The translations under genes were made by a program, and so were the position numbers. The notes below the pieces were generated by a model, which saw nothing but the letters and a program-made list of their open reading frames with translations, did no database searches and was not told where the DNA came from. Below, in pieces: positions 1 to 12,623 of a stretch of 49,307 bases of DNA. The DNA is taken from assembly GCF_001194135.2 (NCBI RefSeq), contig NC_068985.1, positions 13,239,537 through 13,288,843 of the forward strand. The letters run 5' to 3'. The DNA comes from Octopus bimaculoides (Eukaryota). Positions within the stretch are counted from its first letter, which is position 1, and every line of letters begins with the position of its first letter.

Positions 1-26
1 TATATATTTATATATATATATATATG

Positions 27-372
27 TAGCAAGGTATGAGAGGTATTGGTATCCAGAAGATCCAAGGTGTCAGGTAAGGCTACGGAAGTGCTATGGAAGG
101 ACCGTAGTTAAACTCACGGTTCGTTAATAATACTGGTTAGGAGTCTAATGCGGGTCTTGTATAGGCATGTATACGTTAAATAAAGTCTGTGGAATTTTTA
201 GGAAAGAGAAAGTTAGTCTTACAGTTGCTTTTGGGACATCCCTTCATTAGAGACGATGTGAGACGGTTAAATAGAGGGAAATAGTAGAGTTCGATATAAG
301 GAGTTATTTTGGAAAAGAATGGAAATAAGAAGCATAAATGGAAATAAGAGAATAAAAGTAAATATAAAAAAA
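27..372. mobile_element. PLE-type non-autonomous repeat, left arm of an inverted pair; degenerate minimal HHR on minus strand at 217-253
   Basis: Starts at a (TA)n tract. Bases ~187-350 match the reverse complement of ~750-928. Minus strand reads TCT-CTAATGA-A-GGGA(TG)TCCC-AAAAG-CAACT-GTA-AGA. Confidence 0.55.
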
Positions 373-380
373 ATTAAAGT

Positions 381-623
381 AAAAATATAGGTGTCTTCAA
401 GACAAGGCTGGACCTCTTCCTGTCAGGTGTCCCAGAATAACCAACTTCACGGCAGGAGGCACAGATGAGAGCAGCTGCATCAAACTCTCTCATGCACCAA
501 AGGTCAATTCCTGAAGTAAAGTTCGTGAAGTAAAATTGTGTAGCAACACAAAATGGCGGTGCCCCAGCATGGCCACAGCTCATGAGCTGAAACTGAATAA
601 AATGAAAATGAAATAAAATGAAA
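381..623 (+). mobile_element. 3' end of a CR1/L2-like LINE (ORF2 C-terminus, 3' UTR and tail)
   Basis: Translates as IGVFKTRLDLFLSGVPE*PTSRQEAQMRAAASNSLMHQ, a typical CR1-group C-terminus. Ends in GGCGGTGCCCCAGCATGGCCACAGCTCATGAGCTGAAACT plus a short-repeat tail. Confidence 0.75.
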
Positions 624-749
624 TATATGTAGGATGTTATATTTGCTGTTCCATTATCCAAGGAAAGTGTTGTGTAGAATGGGTAGAAATGCTTCGTGTC
701 CATATTAAGTAAATTCCGACAGGAGTTCATATTTTGTCAATATAAACTG

Positions 750-928
750 AATTCTCTTTATACTTCTTATTTCCATCTTTTTCCAAAGTAACTCTTTATA
801 CTGAAGTCTTCTATTTCCTTCTATTTAACCATCTCACATTATCTCTGATGAAGGGATATCCCTAATATCCCAGAAAGAACTGTAAGAGTAACTTTCTCTT
901 TATAACTCTCCTGAAAATTCCACACAGC
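750..928. mobile_element. Inverted right arm of the 27-372 repeat; degenerate minimal HHR on plus strand at 842-887
   Basis: Reverse complement of ~187-350. Plus strand reads TCT-CTGATGA-A-GGGAT(9 nt)ATCCC-A-GAAAG-AACT-GTA-AGA. Confidence 0.55.
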
Positions 929-958
929 CTTGGCTTTGTTGTCTCATTTTATTTAGCT

Positions 959-1030
<72 letters not shown>

Positions 1031-1080
1031 GGCTGGGAGATAGATAGGCAAATAGATAGATAGATGGATAGCTAGATAGG

Positions 1081-1265
1081 TAGATGCATAGTTACATACA
1101 TATGTACGTATAAATATACATACGTAAATATATATATATATATATATACCTAAATTATAATATATATAATGCATTTATATGTTATATCCACAGATATACT
1201 AACGTATATGAAAATATATTTACATGTAAGTAAAATATATGGGTGTGTGCATTTATATATGTGTG

Positions 1266-1299
<34 letters not shown>

Positions 1300-1345
1300 C
1301 ATGTGAATGTGTATATAAATACATACATGTATAGGTATGAATGTG
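1081..1345 (+). repeat. Diverged local direct duplication (second copy ~2121-2395)
   Basis: GATGCATAGTTACATACATATGTACGTATAAATATACATACGTAAATATA...TAATGCATTTATATGTTATATCCAC recurs about 1040 bp downstream. Confidence 0.8.
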
Positions 1346-1353
1346 TGTGTGTG

Positions 1354-1462
<109 letters not shown>

Positions 1463-1825
1463 GGTCACATTCAGGTTTAGCGTCCCATTTCATATCATAT
1501 GTCGAAACACTGTTGTCACAGAATCCAGTGTTCATATCCAGTGCGATGAAACTCATCGCAAAACACAGAAGTTATTCTCTTATGACTAATATATTTTTTG
1601 TCTAAACATGCTTAGATCTATTGAGAAAGAATTCTGCGTTGGTGTTTATAATACTTTTGACAACCCATATTCATAACTCTATATCAATATAGTACTGTGT
1701 ACACCAAAATAACGAAATGGATTCTTCACACGACCAATGCACATACATGTGTATGTAATATAATATATATTATCTATGTTTTAAATATGTAATATATATG
1801 GTTAAATATAAATATATATATAGTC

Positions 1826-2022
1826 AATTCAAACATGAACAAGCAAGAAAAAACACGAAAAGACAACAACGCGAGGAAGTAGAATAAGTACAGTGTTATT
1901 GGACGCTCAGGAAAGGAAAGAAAAGAAAGACGATTTCACGTTTCGAGCGGAGCTCTTCATCAGAAAAAAAGGAAAAGTCCAAAGAAGGGAAGACAGAGAA
2001 AGAAAATCGCCAACGATGCACC
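1826..2022 (-). mobile_element. Short PLE-type repeat between microsatellites, with a minimal HHR motif at 1934-1966
   Basis: Minus strand reads TTT-CTGATGA-A-GAGC(TCC)GCTC-GAAAC-GTG-AAA. The core is perfect but the cleavage triplet is GUG (H17=G). Confidence 0.65.
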
Positions 2023-2065
<43 letters not shown>

Positions 2066-2075
2066 NNNNNNNNNN

Positions 2076-2124
<49 letters not shown>

Positions 2125-2420
2125 GCATAGTTACATACATATGTACGTATAAATATACATACGTAAATATACATACCTATATTATAGAATAATATATATA
2201 ATGCATTTATATGTTATATCCACACATATATACTAACGTACATGAAAATATATTTACATATGAGTAAAACATTCCTGTGTGCATCTATTTTTTTGTGTGT
2301 GTGTGTGTTTGTGTGTGTGTTTGTGTGTGTGAACGTGTATATAAATACATACTTGTGAGTGTGTGTGTAGGTATGAATGTATGTGTGTATATATGCGCTC
2401 ACATTTTATGTATACAACAG

Positions 2421-2821
2421 TTACGCTGAAGTCACGGGCAGTTACATTACATGTTCCTCGTTGATGTAAGTATTATGAGCAGCGAGAGAATTTATTAATA
2501 GTGTTGCATGCTTGTATTAAGAATTAACATTCTTCGCGTGTGTTAATCTATCCGCGTGTCTTTACGTATATTTCTATCCATTCCCACATTTACTTTATGT
2601 CATAGTAGCTGGGTAATAACAAGCATTGCATGGCTCATTTCCCATTGCTCATAGTTACATTAAGAGAAACTGGGAGTTATTATTATTATTATTAGTGATG
2701 TAAACTGGAAATTACATACATGTATTTAGATTCGTTTTTTTTTCTTTTTTTTTTGTATTTTTTCATTCTTTATTGCAGGTTTAATAAAATATGTCGAAAT
2801 CTACTACAAGGAACGAAATAA
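2421..2821 (+). other. Possible two-exon fragment (2421-2465 and 2779-2821) of an unidentified gene
   Basis: AG at 2419-20, donor GTAAGT at 2466, long polypyrimidine tract plus GCAG ending at 2778. The spliced frame reads YAEVTGSYITCSSLMFNKICRNLLQGTK*. No recognisable homology. Confidence 0.2.
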
Positions 2822-3539
2822 TATCGATTATACCCTCCCACACATATGACATCCTGGGCTGAATATTTTAAAAGCCATCATTATGGTTAATATTGTAGCA
2901 TATACTCGATAGCCATGATCTAATCACGCTTCCGCTAGCACATTCAGCCCAACACGCATGCGTGAAAATTCAACAAATATATCTATGCCTGCAAAAACTA
3001 ACAACTGTGTCCTAATTCTCTCGTTCAGCATGAATATTTCAATGCCGTTTGGCAGAATCTGTTCTACAGATTCCGCTAAACTGCATTGGAAAATGCACTA
3101 TTTCTTTGCACTATTTAATGGTTTGTCTTTTTTTTATCTACGTCCAGTCCGTCCTATTTTGTTTCTGTTACCGAATCTTGTACGAAACGCGATATGTTGA
3201 CGACAAGTCATCCCCACAATTATGAAACTATATCTTTCATGTCAGATCTCATATGCTCTTTGCTGTGAATAATCATCTTTCACACAGTGTAGGGAAAAAA
3301 GAATTGTTTGATGATTTTTACCTTTTAACACCTTTCTCAATGCCGAGAATAGAGAATAAAAATCATTGTCTTTCAACTTTCTGAATTATCTATGCACTTT
3401 AAGCAATTAGTCATTTGTGATATGTCTATGCATTGTTTCGTGCATTTCAAATGCATCGGCCCGTAGTGTTCCCTCCAGTGTTGGCAATTGAACATCTTGT
3501 CAGAACATCAGTGCTCTAATATCATTATTATTATTATTA

Positions 3540-3943
3540 AGACGGTGAGCTGGTAGAATCGTTAGCACGCCGGGCGAAATGCTTTGTGCTATTTCGTCTG
3601 CCGTTACGTTCTGAGTTCAAATTCCTCCAAGGTCGACTTTGCCTTTCATCGGGGTTGATTAAGTAACTACCAGTTACACACTAGAGTCGATGTAATCGAC
3701 TACCCCACCCCTCCTGTGGACAATAAAGAAATAAATATTTTTATTAAGACGGCACGCTAGCAGAATCGTTAGCACACCAGACAAAATACTTAGCATCATT
3801 TATTCCATTTTTACAATCTGAGTTCAAATTCCGCCGAGATCGACTTTTCTCTTTATTGCGTATGAAATAAGTACCAGTTGAGCATTAGGGTTGAATTCAT
3901 CAACCACCCTCTCCTCCTAAATTTGAGGTTTCGTGCCTATAAC
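3540..3943 (+). mobile_element. Two tandem tRNA-derived SINEs, family B (3540-3733 and 3747-3943)
   Basis: Head GGYGAGCTGGCAGAATCGTTAGCAC and B-box-like GAGTTCAAATTCC; the same body recurs more than 10 times in the window. Confidence 0.85.
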
Positions 3944-3951
3944 AGACACGG

Positions 3952-3996
<45 letters not shown>

Positions 3997-4376
3997 AGCA
4001 GCTGCACTAGTCGTAGGCGGTGGACCTGGAGTGGAACGAAGAGGAAGATGCAGATGAATGGAGGACAAAGGATTATACGGAGCAATAAAGTCCCTACTCT
4101 ATTTATCTCAATTTACATACTGTTTCTTGTCCTCGAGCCTATGTTCAAATTCAGCAATCATATCATTCCACTTATACACCAACAGAGGTGCAAAACATCA
4201 CCATTACTTTAACCTTCAATTCAACGATTCTCCGACCTTTAAATCCGCTTTCAAAAAATAACGTTTAGGAATACAGAATTAACCTATATTCGCTACAGAT
4301 TACAGGTTACACTATCTTACTGAGTGATAAAATGGACATAAGGACATATTAATTAAAAGTATTGTATATGATCGTA

Positions 4377-4840
4377 GGCACTGGTGTGGCTGTATGGTAA
4401 GAAGTTTGCTTCCCAAACACATGGTTCAGGGTTCAGTCCCACTGCATAACATCTTAAGCAAGTGTTTTCTACCGTTAGTTTCGAGTTGACCAAATCCCTA
4501 TGAATGGATTTAGTAGACAGAAGCTGAAAGGATATATATATGTGTGTGTGTGTGCGTGTGTGTGTATGTGCCACTTTGTGTTTGTCTCCCACCGCCGTTT
4601 GATAACCGTAGTTGGTATGTTCACGTCCCTATAACTTAGTGGTCGGGTAAAAGTATTGGGTTCGATTCATTTGACTTAAAAGAATTTTTCAAGACGGTGT
4701 CTCAGCATAGCAGTGGTCTCATGGCTGAATGTCTCAGCATAGCAGCGGTCTAATGGATGAATGTCTTAGCGTACCAACGGTCTAATGGCTGAATGTCTCA
4801 GCATAGCAGCTGTCTAATAGCTGAAACAAGCAAAAGAAAA
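4377..4840 (+). mobile_element. tRNA-derived SINE family A, with a 4x32-bp tandem expansion in its tail (4699-4826)
   Basis: Head GTGGCTGTATGGTAAG...GGTTCAGTCCCACTGC, internal (TA)/(TG) microsatellite, tail ending CTGAAACAAGCAAAAG. Confidence 0.85.
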
Positions 4841-5149
4841 AAAATTGCTCACCAGATTCTTTCTCTAAATACTTTTTTTCTCTACATTATATCATAAATG
4901 TAAACAATAGTGCCGTTGGACCAATCACTGCACTTCTAAAGATATGAATCCAAAAAGAAAAAAAGAAAAAACCAAACGCCGCCAATATTTATAACGGTCA
5001 TGATCTATCTGCGACTATCTGAGTGCCAAGCCTAACGAAAAATTACCTTAAACCTTTTTTTCTAGCGCAGCCCGCCAGATGATGATTCATGTCTCATGCC
5101 ACCTGCTTCTCGATAATGCTTGCCATACTTGGTTCATATGCTTCAGTGA

Positions 5150-5560
5150 ATAATTCTCTACATTATTTACATTTGACAGATATTTCTCCTCTTGTTTGTT
5201 GTTAACAGAACGTTTCGGCTGATATACCCTCCAGCCTTCGTTAGGTGTCTTGGGGAAATTTGGAACCTAGGTTCTCATTCCTAATGTATTTTTCGATGTC
5301 ATTATTATTATACAGGTCACTGCCGGGAATCGAACTCGGAATCTTGGGGTTAGTAGCCCGCGCTTTTGATCACTGCGCCATATGCCCGTGGGCAATTATG
5401 GGAGTGAATTTTTATGGCTTATAAAAGTAATATTTTCCTATCCTGAAGGCTGGAGCGTATATCAGTCGAAACGTTGTGTTAACAACGAACAAGATGAGGA
5501 CAAATATCCGTCAAATGTAAATAATGTAAATAATGTACATAATTGCTCGTCTTTTAAATA
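5150..5560. mobile_element. Palindromic composite element: ~85-bp inverted arms (5160-5240 and 5445-5527) with HHR-like motifs around a tRNA-like module (5314-5387, minus)
   Basis: The arms are reverse complements. The module has A box TGGCGCAGTGATC and B box GAGTTCGATTCC. Left arm on minus strand reads GACAC-CTAACGA-A-GGCTG(10)CAGCC-GAAAC-GTT-CTGTT. Confidence 0.75.
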
Positions 5561-5671
5561 TGGAACTGAATTCTCTCCATGATATCCATGTGTATGTTTA
5601 GATACGTATAAACATAGACAGATAATCAGGCAGTTAGTTACAGATAGATAGATAGATAGATACATAGATAC

Positions 5672-5723
<52 letters not shown>

Positions 5724-5776
5724 ATTGATGGATAGATGTGTGTGTGTTCACAAATGTATGTATATGTATATATATG

Positions 5777-5827
<51 letters not shown>

Positions 5828-6229
5828 TCAGCTGCACAAAGATACTGAAATTTCTTCATTTTAACTGTTAGCTTCTCTGTGTATATATATATATATATAT
5901 ACACACGTATATATACACAGAGAGAAAGTGAGGGAGGGAGTTATGTGTGTGTATATATGCAATTGTTACGTATGTATGTATGTTTGCTTGTGTGTATGTT
6001 TGTACGTAAGATCATTCAATGATCTTCAACACAGGTTACGTCTACGAATTACTCGAAAAACAATATTTGGAAAATTCATGCATGCTATATATAATATTTA
6101 ATGTCTCTTCCAAATGTATGCCCATCAATTGAAAAATTAAACATTTATAATTCATTCAAATTTATTTTATGATGTCTGTAACGAATATCGTTTCTCGAGT
6201 TATACATCGATCTATTGATTGTTTATGTA

Positions 6230-6677
6230 GAAGGGCTAGTACATAACTTCGGCATTGAGTGTTATAGAAATACCAGAACTGGCCGCTATTGTATTGTACC
6301 TAAGTTACCATCCACTCCATCTAAATTCAGGACCAGGTACTGCAATAGTCTAGGGTTCTGAGGCCCACAGAACTTCAGTACCCAGCCACAAAAATTAAGA
6401 TATCAGCATAAGGTAGAAGTAGATGTCTTCAAAAAGGAACTAGACATCTTCCTCTCCACAATACTGGTTGAATCAACAGCCCGGCATGAGATACAGACGA
6501 TAGCAGCGGAATCAAACTCCCTTATACATTAAATGGACTAACGTCTGGGACTAAGGCACATATAGGAATGGTGACACTTGCAGACAAATACTCCAGACCG
6601 AAGAAATCAAAACGACCATGGTGGTGCTCCAGCATGATCACCGCCACATCACTGAAACGATTAAAAGACTAAAAGAG
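6230..6677 (+). mobile_element. 3' end of a CR1/L2-like LINE
   Basis: Translates as GLVHNFGIECYRNTRTGRYCIVPKLPSTPSKFRTRYCNSLGF*GPQ...VDVFKKELDIFLS...AAESNSLIH. Tail is GGTGGTGCTCCAGCATG...ACTGAAACGATTAAAAGACTAAAAGAG. Confidence 0.8.
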
Positions 6678-6951
6678 TTAATTAGCATCTGTGTCATTAA
6701 AGATTAGCATTCAAACATTGTAGATTCTTTGGTGGCGTGACATAGTCGTTGTGCATAGCAACGGTGGAGTGGTGAATCGAACAGTTAAAATGGAGAAACA
6801 TTTTTCAACGTGGAATGATATCCCAAAAGGTGTTGAAGTTTTTATTCGTTTCGAAGCCAATCTGTCATTTTAATTCGGTTTGTAAAATTAATGTGTTGAG
6901 AGAAAAAAAACACCAGCATCACGACTATAGCAGCAACATTATTAATCCTTT

Positions 6952-7133
6952 CTAATATAGGCACAAAGCCTGAAATTTTTTGGCGGGAATAATCGATGGC
7001 AACGTTCCCAGTTTATCACTGGGACCTATGTAATTCATTGACCCCGAAAGGATGAAAGACAAAGTCAACCTCAACGGAATTTGAAATCAGAGCGTGAAGC
7101 CGCAAGAAATGTCACTAAGCATTTCTCTGCTCC
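6952..7133 (-). mobile_element. SINE family B
   Basis: Reverse complement of the family B body (AGGCACAAAGCCTGAAATTT...CCCCGAAAGGATGAAAGACAAAGTCAACCTC...AATTTGAA). A partial copy follows at ~7140-7230. Confidence 0.8.
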
Positions 7134-7231
7134 AGTTCTTGAATGGTACTCGTATTTTATTGACCCTGAAAGGATAAAGGAGGAACACAAACACGCCGTT
7201 ATTTGATCTCAGAACAACACCATCAATGTTG

Positions 7232-7309
7232 CTGCCGAGAGATTCTGCCGAGAGATTCTGCCGAGAGATTCTGCCGAGAGATTCTGACAAGAGATTCTGC
7301 CGAGAAATT
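7232..7309. repeat. 13-bp minisatellite (CTGCCGAGAGATT)x6
   Basis: Direct reading. The unit resembles the GATTCTGCC segment of the reverse-complemented SINE B head. Confidence 0.9.
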
Positions 7310-8442
7310 CTTGCAGTTGAATCGAAAAGAAAGTCTTAGTCACACCGCACTCATAAGATTATATTTGCAAGTGTTATCAATTATAATTAATTAATGCTTC
7401 TTAATCATTTTCTTCTGTAAGATGGCTCTAATTGCCTTTATAAGATTTCAGTTGAATCAATTCACGTTCTTATAAACACGATAAAAAAACAGCAATTGTT
7501 TTTAACTCTTATTCAATCTGGAGACATTCTGAAATGAAATGAAACACCTGTTGTATGCTTATGTCCTCGATTTTCCTTCTCTTTAATAAGCTTTATCGAT
7601 TAAGTGTTTGCTGTTTTTAACATGGAAGAGATTTTGCCAGACAGTAATGGAGACCCCCCGATGTTGCCTTCTGATCTGTTGGAAATATCGACCAGATCTT
7701 CAAACTGATGAAATGGGAAGGATATTAAACCAATGTGGTCCTTGCTGCATAATCCTTGCATTTAAATTAGAATATCCACGGCTGGAACGCCTTCGATCAA
7801 AAATATACCCGATTACATTAAACTCTGGCTGAACAACAATAAAAGAATGAGAGAGCATTTATATGAATACCTAACTATATGAATTGCTTTTACATTTTAA
7901 CTTGTTTCAGACATAACTGAAGAACATTCTACCTGTAATCACCCCATATTCATCTTATGTGCGTCTACGGATTAAATTAGATGAGTTGAGGATTGAATCG
8001 AAAATAAAAAGAAATTGTGAAGATGTTAAGTAGAAGAAATCAATGTTTATTATTACAATCCATTGCGTAGGTATAAAAGCTAATGGTTGATTGGTCTAAT
8101 ATTATTGTTACGTACCAATCGTTCTCTGATGGGGCTTGTAACAAATATACATACTGGAGTGTCGCCTCCTATTCACACAACTGGACTCTTGGTTATAAAA
8201 TCATCAGTTCGATTTGGTGCTCTGGAAGCTGTTTGGTTCTTGGCCGACAAACTTTACTTCCCGTTGCTGCAAGTAAATTAGCTTGCAAAATTGAGAGTAA
8301 GCCTGAGAGAGCGCCTGGTTTCTGTCGAGTTAGCACTCAGCATCTACACGTCAGTGTTATAACTGAAAACTTCCAGACATGGCGGAGGATATGCGTACAT
8401 ATATAATAGTGGTAATGAATATTCTGATTGTAAAGTTGTATA

Positions 8443-8930
8443 CGGATTGAGTCAAAAGTTATTTCAAGTTTTAATAGTTCAAAGAAATCACATATGAAAA
8501 GCGTTTATTCTTCAAAACATATCCCATCATATTTTATCGTCTGGTGACATCGTTGTACAACAAATTAAATTCAACGCTTATACCATTTAGTTAAGTTAGA
8601 AGCAAAAAACCCTGAGGGCCCGTTTTTAATCTCATCCACATTGTTGAACCTTCGACCGTGTAGGAAATGAGCCATCACTCGGAAAAGGGTTGTAGTCTAA
8701 TGTTGCAAGATCTGGACTGTAGGCAGGGTAAGGCAGCCCTTCCAGCCCCTAATGTTTCTTATGTTTGTGCTTGATAACATTAGCAGCGTGTGCTGGGGCA
8801 TTGTTTTGTTGCAGGAGTGTACCTCTTGGATGTACTTGTTGAGCATTAAGGTTAGCATTCATGGCATGACCACCCAAGACAAGCTGAAAGTGCAACATCT
8901 CCTGTAAGTTCCACCAAATACAGAACCTGG
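8443..8930 (-). mobile_element. Decayed mariner transposase C-terminus plus terminal inverted repeat
   Basis: Minus strand translates as LLQQNNAPAHAA...LPYPAYSPDLATLDY...MAHFLHGRRFNNVDEIKNG (YSPDLAP motif). The element ends at TA|CGGATTGAGTCAAAAGTTATT. Confidence 0.8.
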
Positions 8931-9210
8931 CCTTTTGTTCAAACCCAGCTGGTTCTGAAATCTAACCGGAACGTAATCACTGATTTCTCTCATTAGGATT
9001 ACGAAAATGCATCTATATTTTATCCCCACCTACAATTCGGTGCCAAAAACAGGTATCTCCAATATTTGCCAGCAGTTGTCTGCAAATATTCGCAAGTCGT
9101 TAAGCTTTAACTGCAGTTTTTTCGTCACTCATTATCAAACATGTAAAATAAACAATAAAGGAGACCGAGTGATCGATACGCAAAATCAATTTTACACACA
9201 CACACAAACA

Positions 9211-9249
<39 letters not shown>

Positions 9250-10282
9250 ATACACACCCACCCACATACACACACATATATAGATAGATAAATAAATAGA
9301 TACATAGATAGATACATACACATACACACACATATATATTGCGTACGTACTCAGGCTAAATCCCTTCCAATATGAAATTCCTTACATAGCTAACTAACGT
9401 GTAAAATTTCGTAATTATTCGTAATTCCTATTAACAAATGAAACAAAACACATGTAATGGTGAATACATAATACCAAACCTCATGTATACAGGAATTATT
9501 TACTTTGACCCAAAAGAGTTTGGTTTTCCCCACATGATATACCACTACATATATTATACCGAATTTATTTAAATATTAATACTTATTTCAACTATGTTTT
9601 ACGAGAACTGTATCAAATGTTGTTTGCTCAAAAAAATCTCCTATTATACGTGATTTTCGGGGTAAAATTACTATAGCTTACCGTTAACAGCCAAACCTAC
9701 TTCGGGATCTTTATTATCACAACATTTCCAAACGTAAATGTAAAAGTAGAAATGGGTTCCAGAGAAGAATATCTGGACTCCATTAAAGTTAAAAACATTG
9801 TCACCTGCGAGACATTTTAATTTGTTCTCCATTGCTTTTGTAATAACTCAGGATATCAAAATGTGTGAGCTTTCATTTTTTCTTTTTTTATCTTTCTGAA
9901 TATTAAGTTGCAAGTAATATGGCGTTGAAGCAAGTTACTTTTCAATAAATACACATTCACATTCATATATACATATATATATATATAGATAGATAGATAT
10001 ATTTATATATATACATACAAATATGTATGTGTGTGAGTGAGTGTATATATATATATATATNNNNNNNNNNNNNNNNNNNNNNNNNNNNNNNNNNNNNNNN
10101 NNNNNNNNNNNNNNNNNNNNNNNNNNNNNNNNNNNNNNNNNNNNNNNNNNNNNNNNNNNNNNNNNNNNNNNNNNNNNNNNNNNNNNNNNNNNNNNNNNAT
10201 ATATATCTATATGCATATATGTATGTACATGTATATATAATGGACGTGTATATTTACATATCTGTGTGTGTTTGCGTGTGTT

Positions 10283-10319
<37 letters not shown>

Positions 10320-11170
10320 TAAATGCTTTACATAGTAATGGCATTAATTAAAGTTTTTTTTTTATTTCACGCCATAACGGTTTTCAAACTAAAAGACAAA
10401 ATGACTCAACTGGTTTTAATATGTTAAATGTTTAAATTTTTAAAATTATTATTTGAAACGCTAACCATGTCCATGATATATGTGTGTCATGTGAGTGTGT
10501 GTGGCTGTCTGTGTCTGTGTCCATGTGTGCGTGAGTTTGTGTGTGTATAATCTTTCACATATTTTTGCATGTGGAAATATGCATTTGTGTCTATATGTAA
10601 GTAGGTATGCATGTATGTATGTATATTAAACTGAACCGAAGTTTTAAACATTCATTTGGAATTTTAAATATATTTCACGATGCTTTATTTTGTATTTATG
10701 GCTAAGATCAATAACAAAATAAATAATAAATTTAACATTTTAGAATATCTGAAAATGCGACATGTATAATATTATCAAGAGAAATATATAACTATCCTAC
10801 GAGATATAGGTTTTAACAGAATATATTTTTATACCACGATTTCACGAAATGAATAGAATATTAAAAGTTTTATGTTTTATCTGGTTACTACCATTCAGCT
10901 AACGCATTATGTAATTTTCAGTGTTACTTTCAAAATAGTTTAGCTATATATGTAACGGATCCATTTCATAGCTTTTTATTTATTTATACACTTATTTTCT
11001 GTGATGGAGGATTCTACAGAAAATTTTAGAGGCAATTAAATGCGTACACAAAAGAAAACATAAAACAAATCCTCTTTAGTTTTTTAAAGGAATATATGAA
11101 TATCAATGAACATAAATGTACAATATGTCTACGTTTTTATCTAACTCTCCCACCAGATCTACTCATCTAT

Positions 11171-11226
<56 letters not shown>

Positions 11227-11973
11227 GTGTGTGAGTGTGAGTGTGTGTGTGTGTGTAGATAAATATATTTATGAATGTACATAGATGATATATACGTGTT
11301 TGTGTGTCTGTGTGCGTGTGTATGTAGCTAAGAATATTTATGATTGTATATAGATTGTGCGTGTGTGTATGTGTGTTTTCTATATGGAATATTTACATGA
11401 ATAAAATAGCATAAATCTGCAAAATCTATTAGTCGACCTTTTTATCTACATCATTGCTTCTATGTATATACCTATCTATCTACACACACACATACACGCA
11501 CAATCATACACACACACATATACTAAAAGAGACACACAGATGTACATCGGATAGAAATATGCCTATAGAGATATATGTGTATGGATGTGCATGTGGTTTG
11601 TATATAAAATTAACATGAATAAAAGATATTAAAATTAGAAAATCCAAATTAAAAATAAACAAGTATATATGAATACCTAAATTATAATATTTAAATATTT
11701 GACTTCATATTTATACTTAAATGTAAATATCTGCATTTCTAATTCTAAGTCAAATGATTTTTCGCCGTTAATACTTTTAATACATAAATATACGTATGAT
11801 ACAGAGTCGCCGATCAAACTGATGGCCGATTGTGCATACGAAAGTATATAGTACAACTATATTTCCTATATATTTAATCATATTAAATTGAACCAAGAGC
11901 CACACCTGTCATTATGGAAACATCTTCTGTAACTATTTACGTATACACATACACCAAAACACGCGCACATACT

Positions 11974-12007
<34 letters not shown>

Positions 12008-12017
12008 NNNNNNNNNN

Positions 12018-12215
12018 TATACAAATAATAACAACAGACGAGGACAGGTGGTGTAAATAACAAAAGTATATATTAGTATGACGCTCGGGAATACGGAAAG
12101 TCTTTGACGTTTCGAGCTACGCTCTTCAACAGAAAGAATACGGAGACAAGGAGAAAAACACGGAGAAAAAAAATTGAATAGTGTTCAGTCAACGGTCAAT
12201 CATAATAATATATAC
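12018..12215 (-). mobile_element. Short PLE-type repeat with a minimal HHR motif at 12101-12137
   Basis: Minus strand reads TCTTT-CTGTTGA-A-GAGC(GTA)GCTC-GAAAC-GTC-AAAGA: 5-bp stem I, palindromic ACGT stem III, one core change (A6U). Related to 1826-2022. Confidence 0.7.
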
Positions 12216-12591
12216 GCACACATGGTCACAAGCAGGCAAATATGCATGCCTACATACATGTATGTATACCAGGTCGAATGTATATATGTGAGTATATATA
12301 TATACACATACATGCTTACGCCATACACGCAAACACACGTACACACACGCGCACAAGTATATACAGGTTTGCATGTTTGTTCTATATTTTTCATATATAA
12401 CCACATATTTTTGTATATATCTAAATAAACTATAAGTATAATGTATACATCCGCTCTTTTTGTCTCATTACATATGTATGTATATGTAGATACGATTGGA
12501 CATTCGTTGAGACATACATCTATGAATATAATGCATATACATATGTACATATATATATATATATATACATATATATTTTTTAATACACACG

Positions 12592-12623
<32 letters not shown>

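Noticed and set aside
1542-1560. Isolated hairpins (TGCGATGA-AAC-TCATCGCA; also ~38970-39002)
   Set aside because: Too short for pre-miRNA and expected by chance in 49 kb.
5314-5387. tRNA gene (also the SINE heads at 21840-21911 and 43593-43665)
   Set aside because: A and B boxes are present, but the acceptor stem and cloverleaf are not intact and each is embedded in a repeat; treated as tRNA-derived modules.
6775-6860. Possible mariner C-terminal remnant (NS*NGETFSTWNDIPKGVEVF)
   Set aside because: Too short and degenerate.
7232-7309. Short repeat arrays (also 4699-4826 and 36640-36733) as CRISPR-like
   Set aside because: Head-to-tail units with no unique spacers, in a eukaryotic context with no cas genes.
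8083-8406. 107-aa ORF after a TATAAAAG
   Set aside because: No recognisable domain, the TATA-like motif is too close to the ATG, and there is no supporting splice structure.
11815-11850. CTGATGG...CGAAAG hammerhead-like spacing
   Set aside because: No credible stem II, stem I or cleavage triplet.
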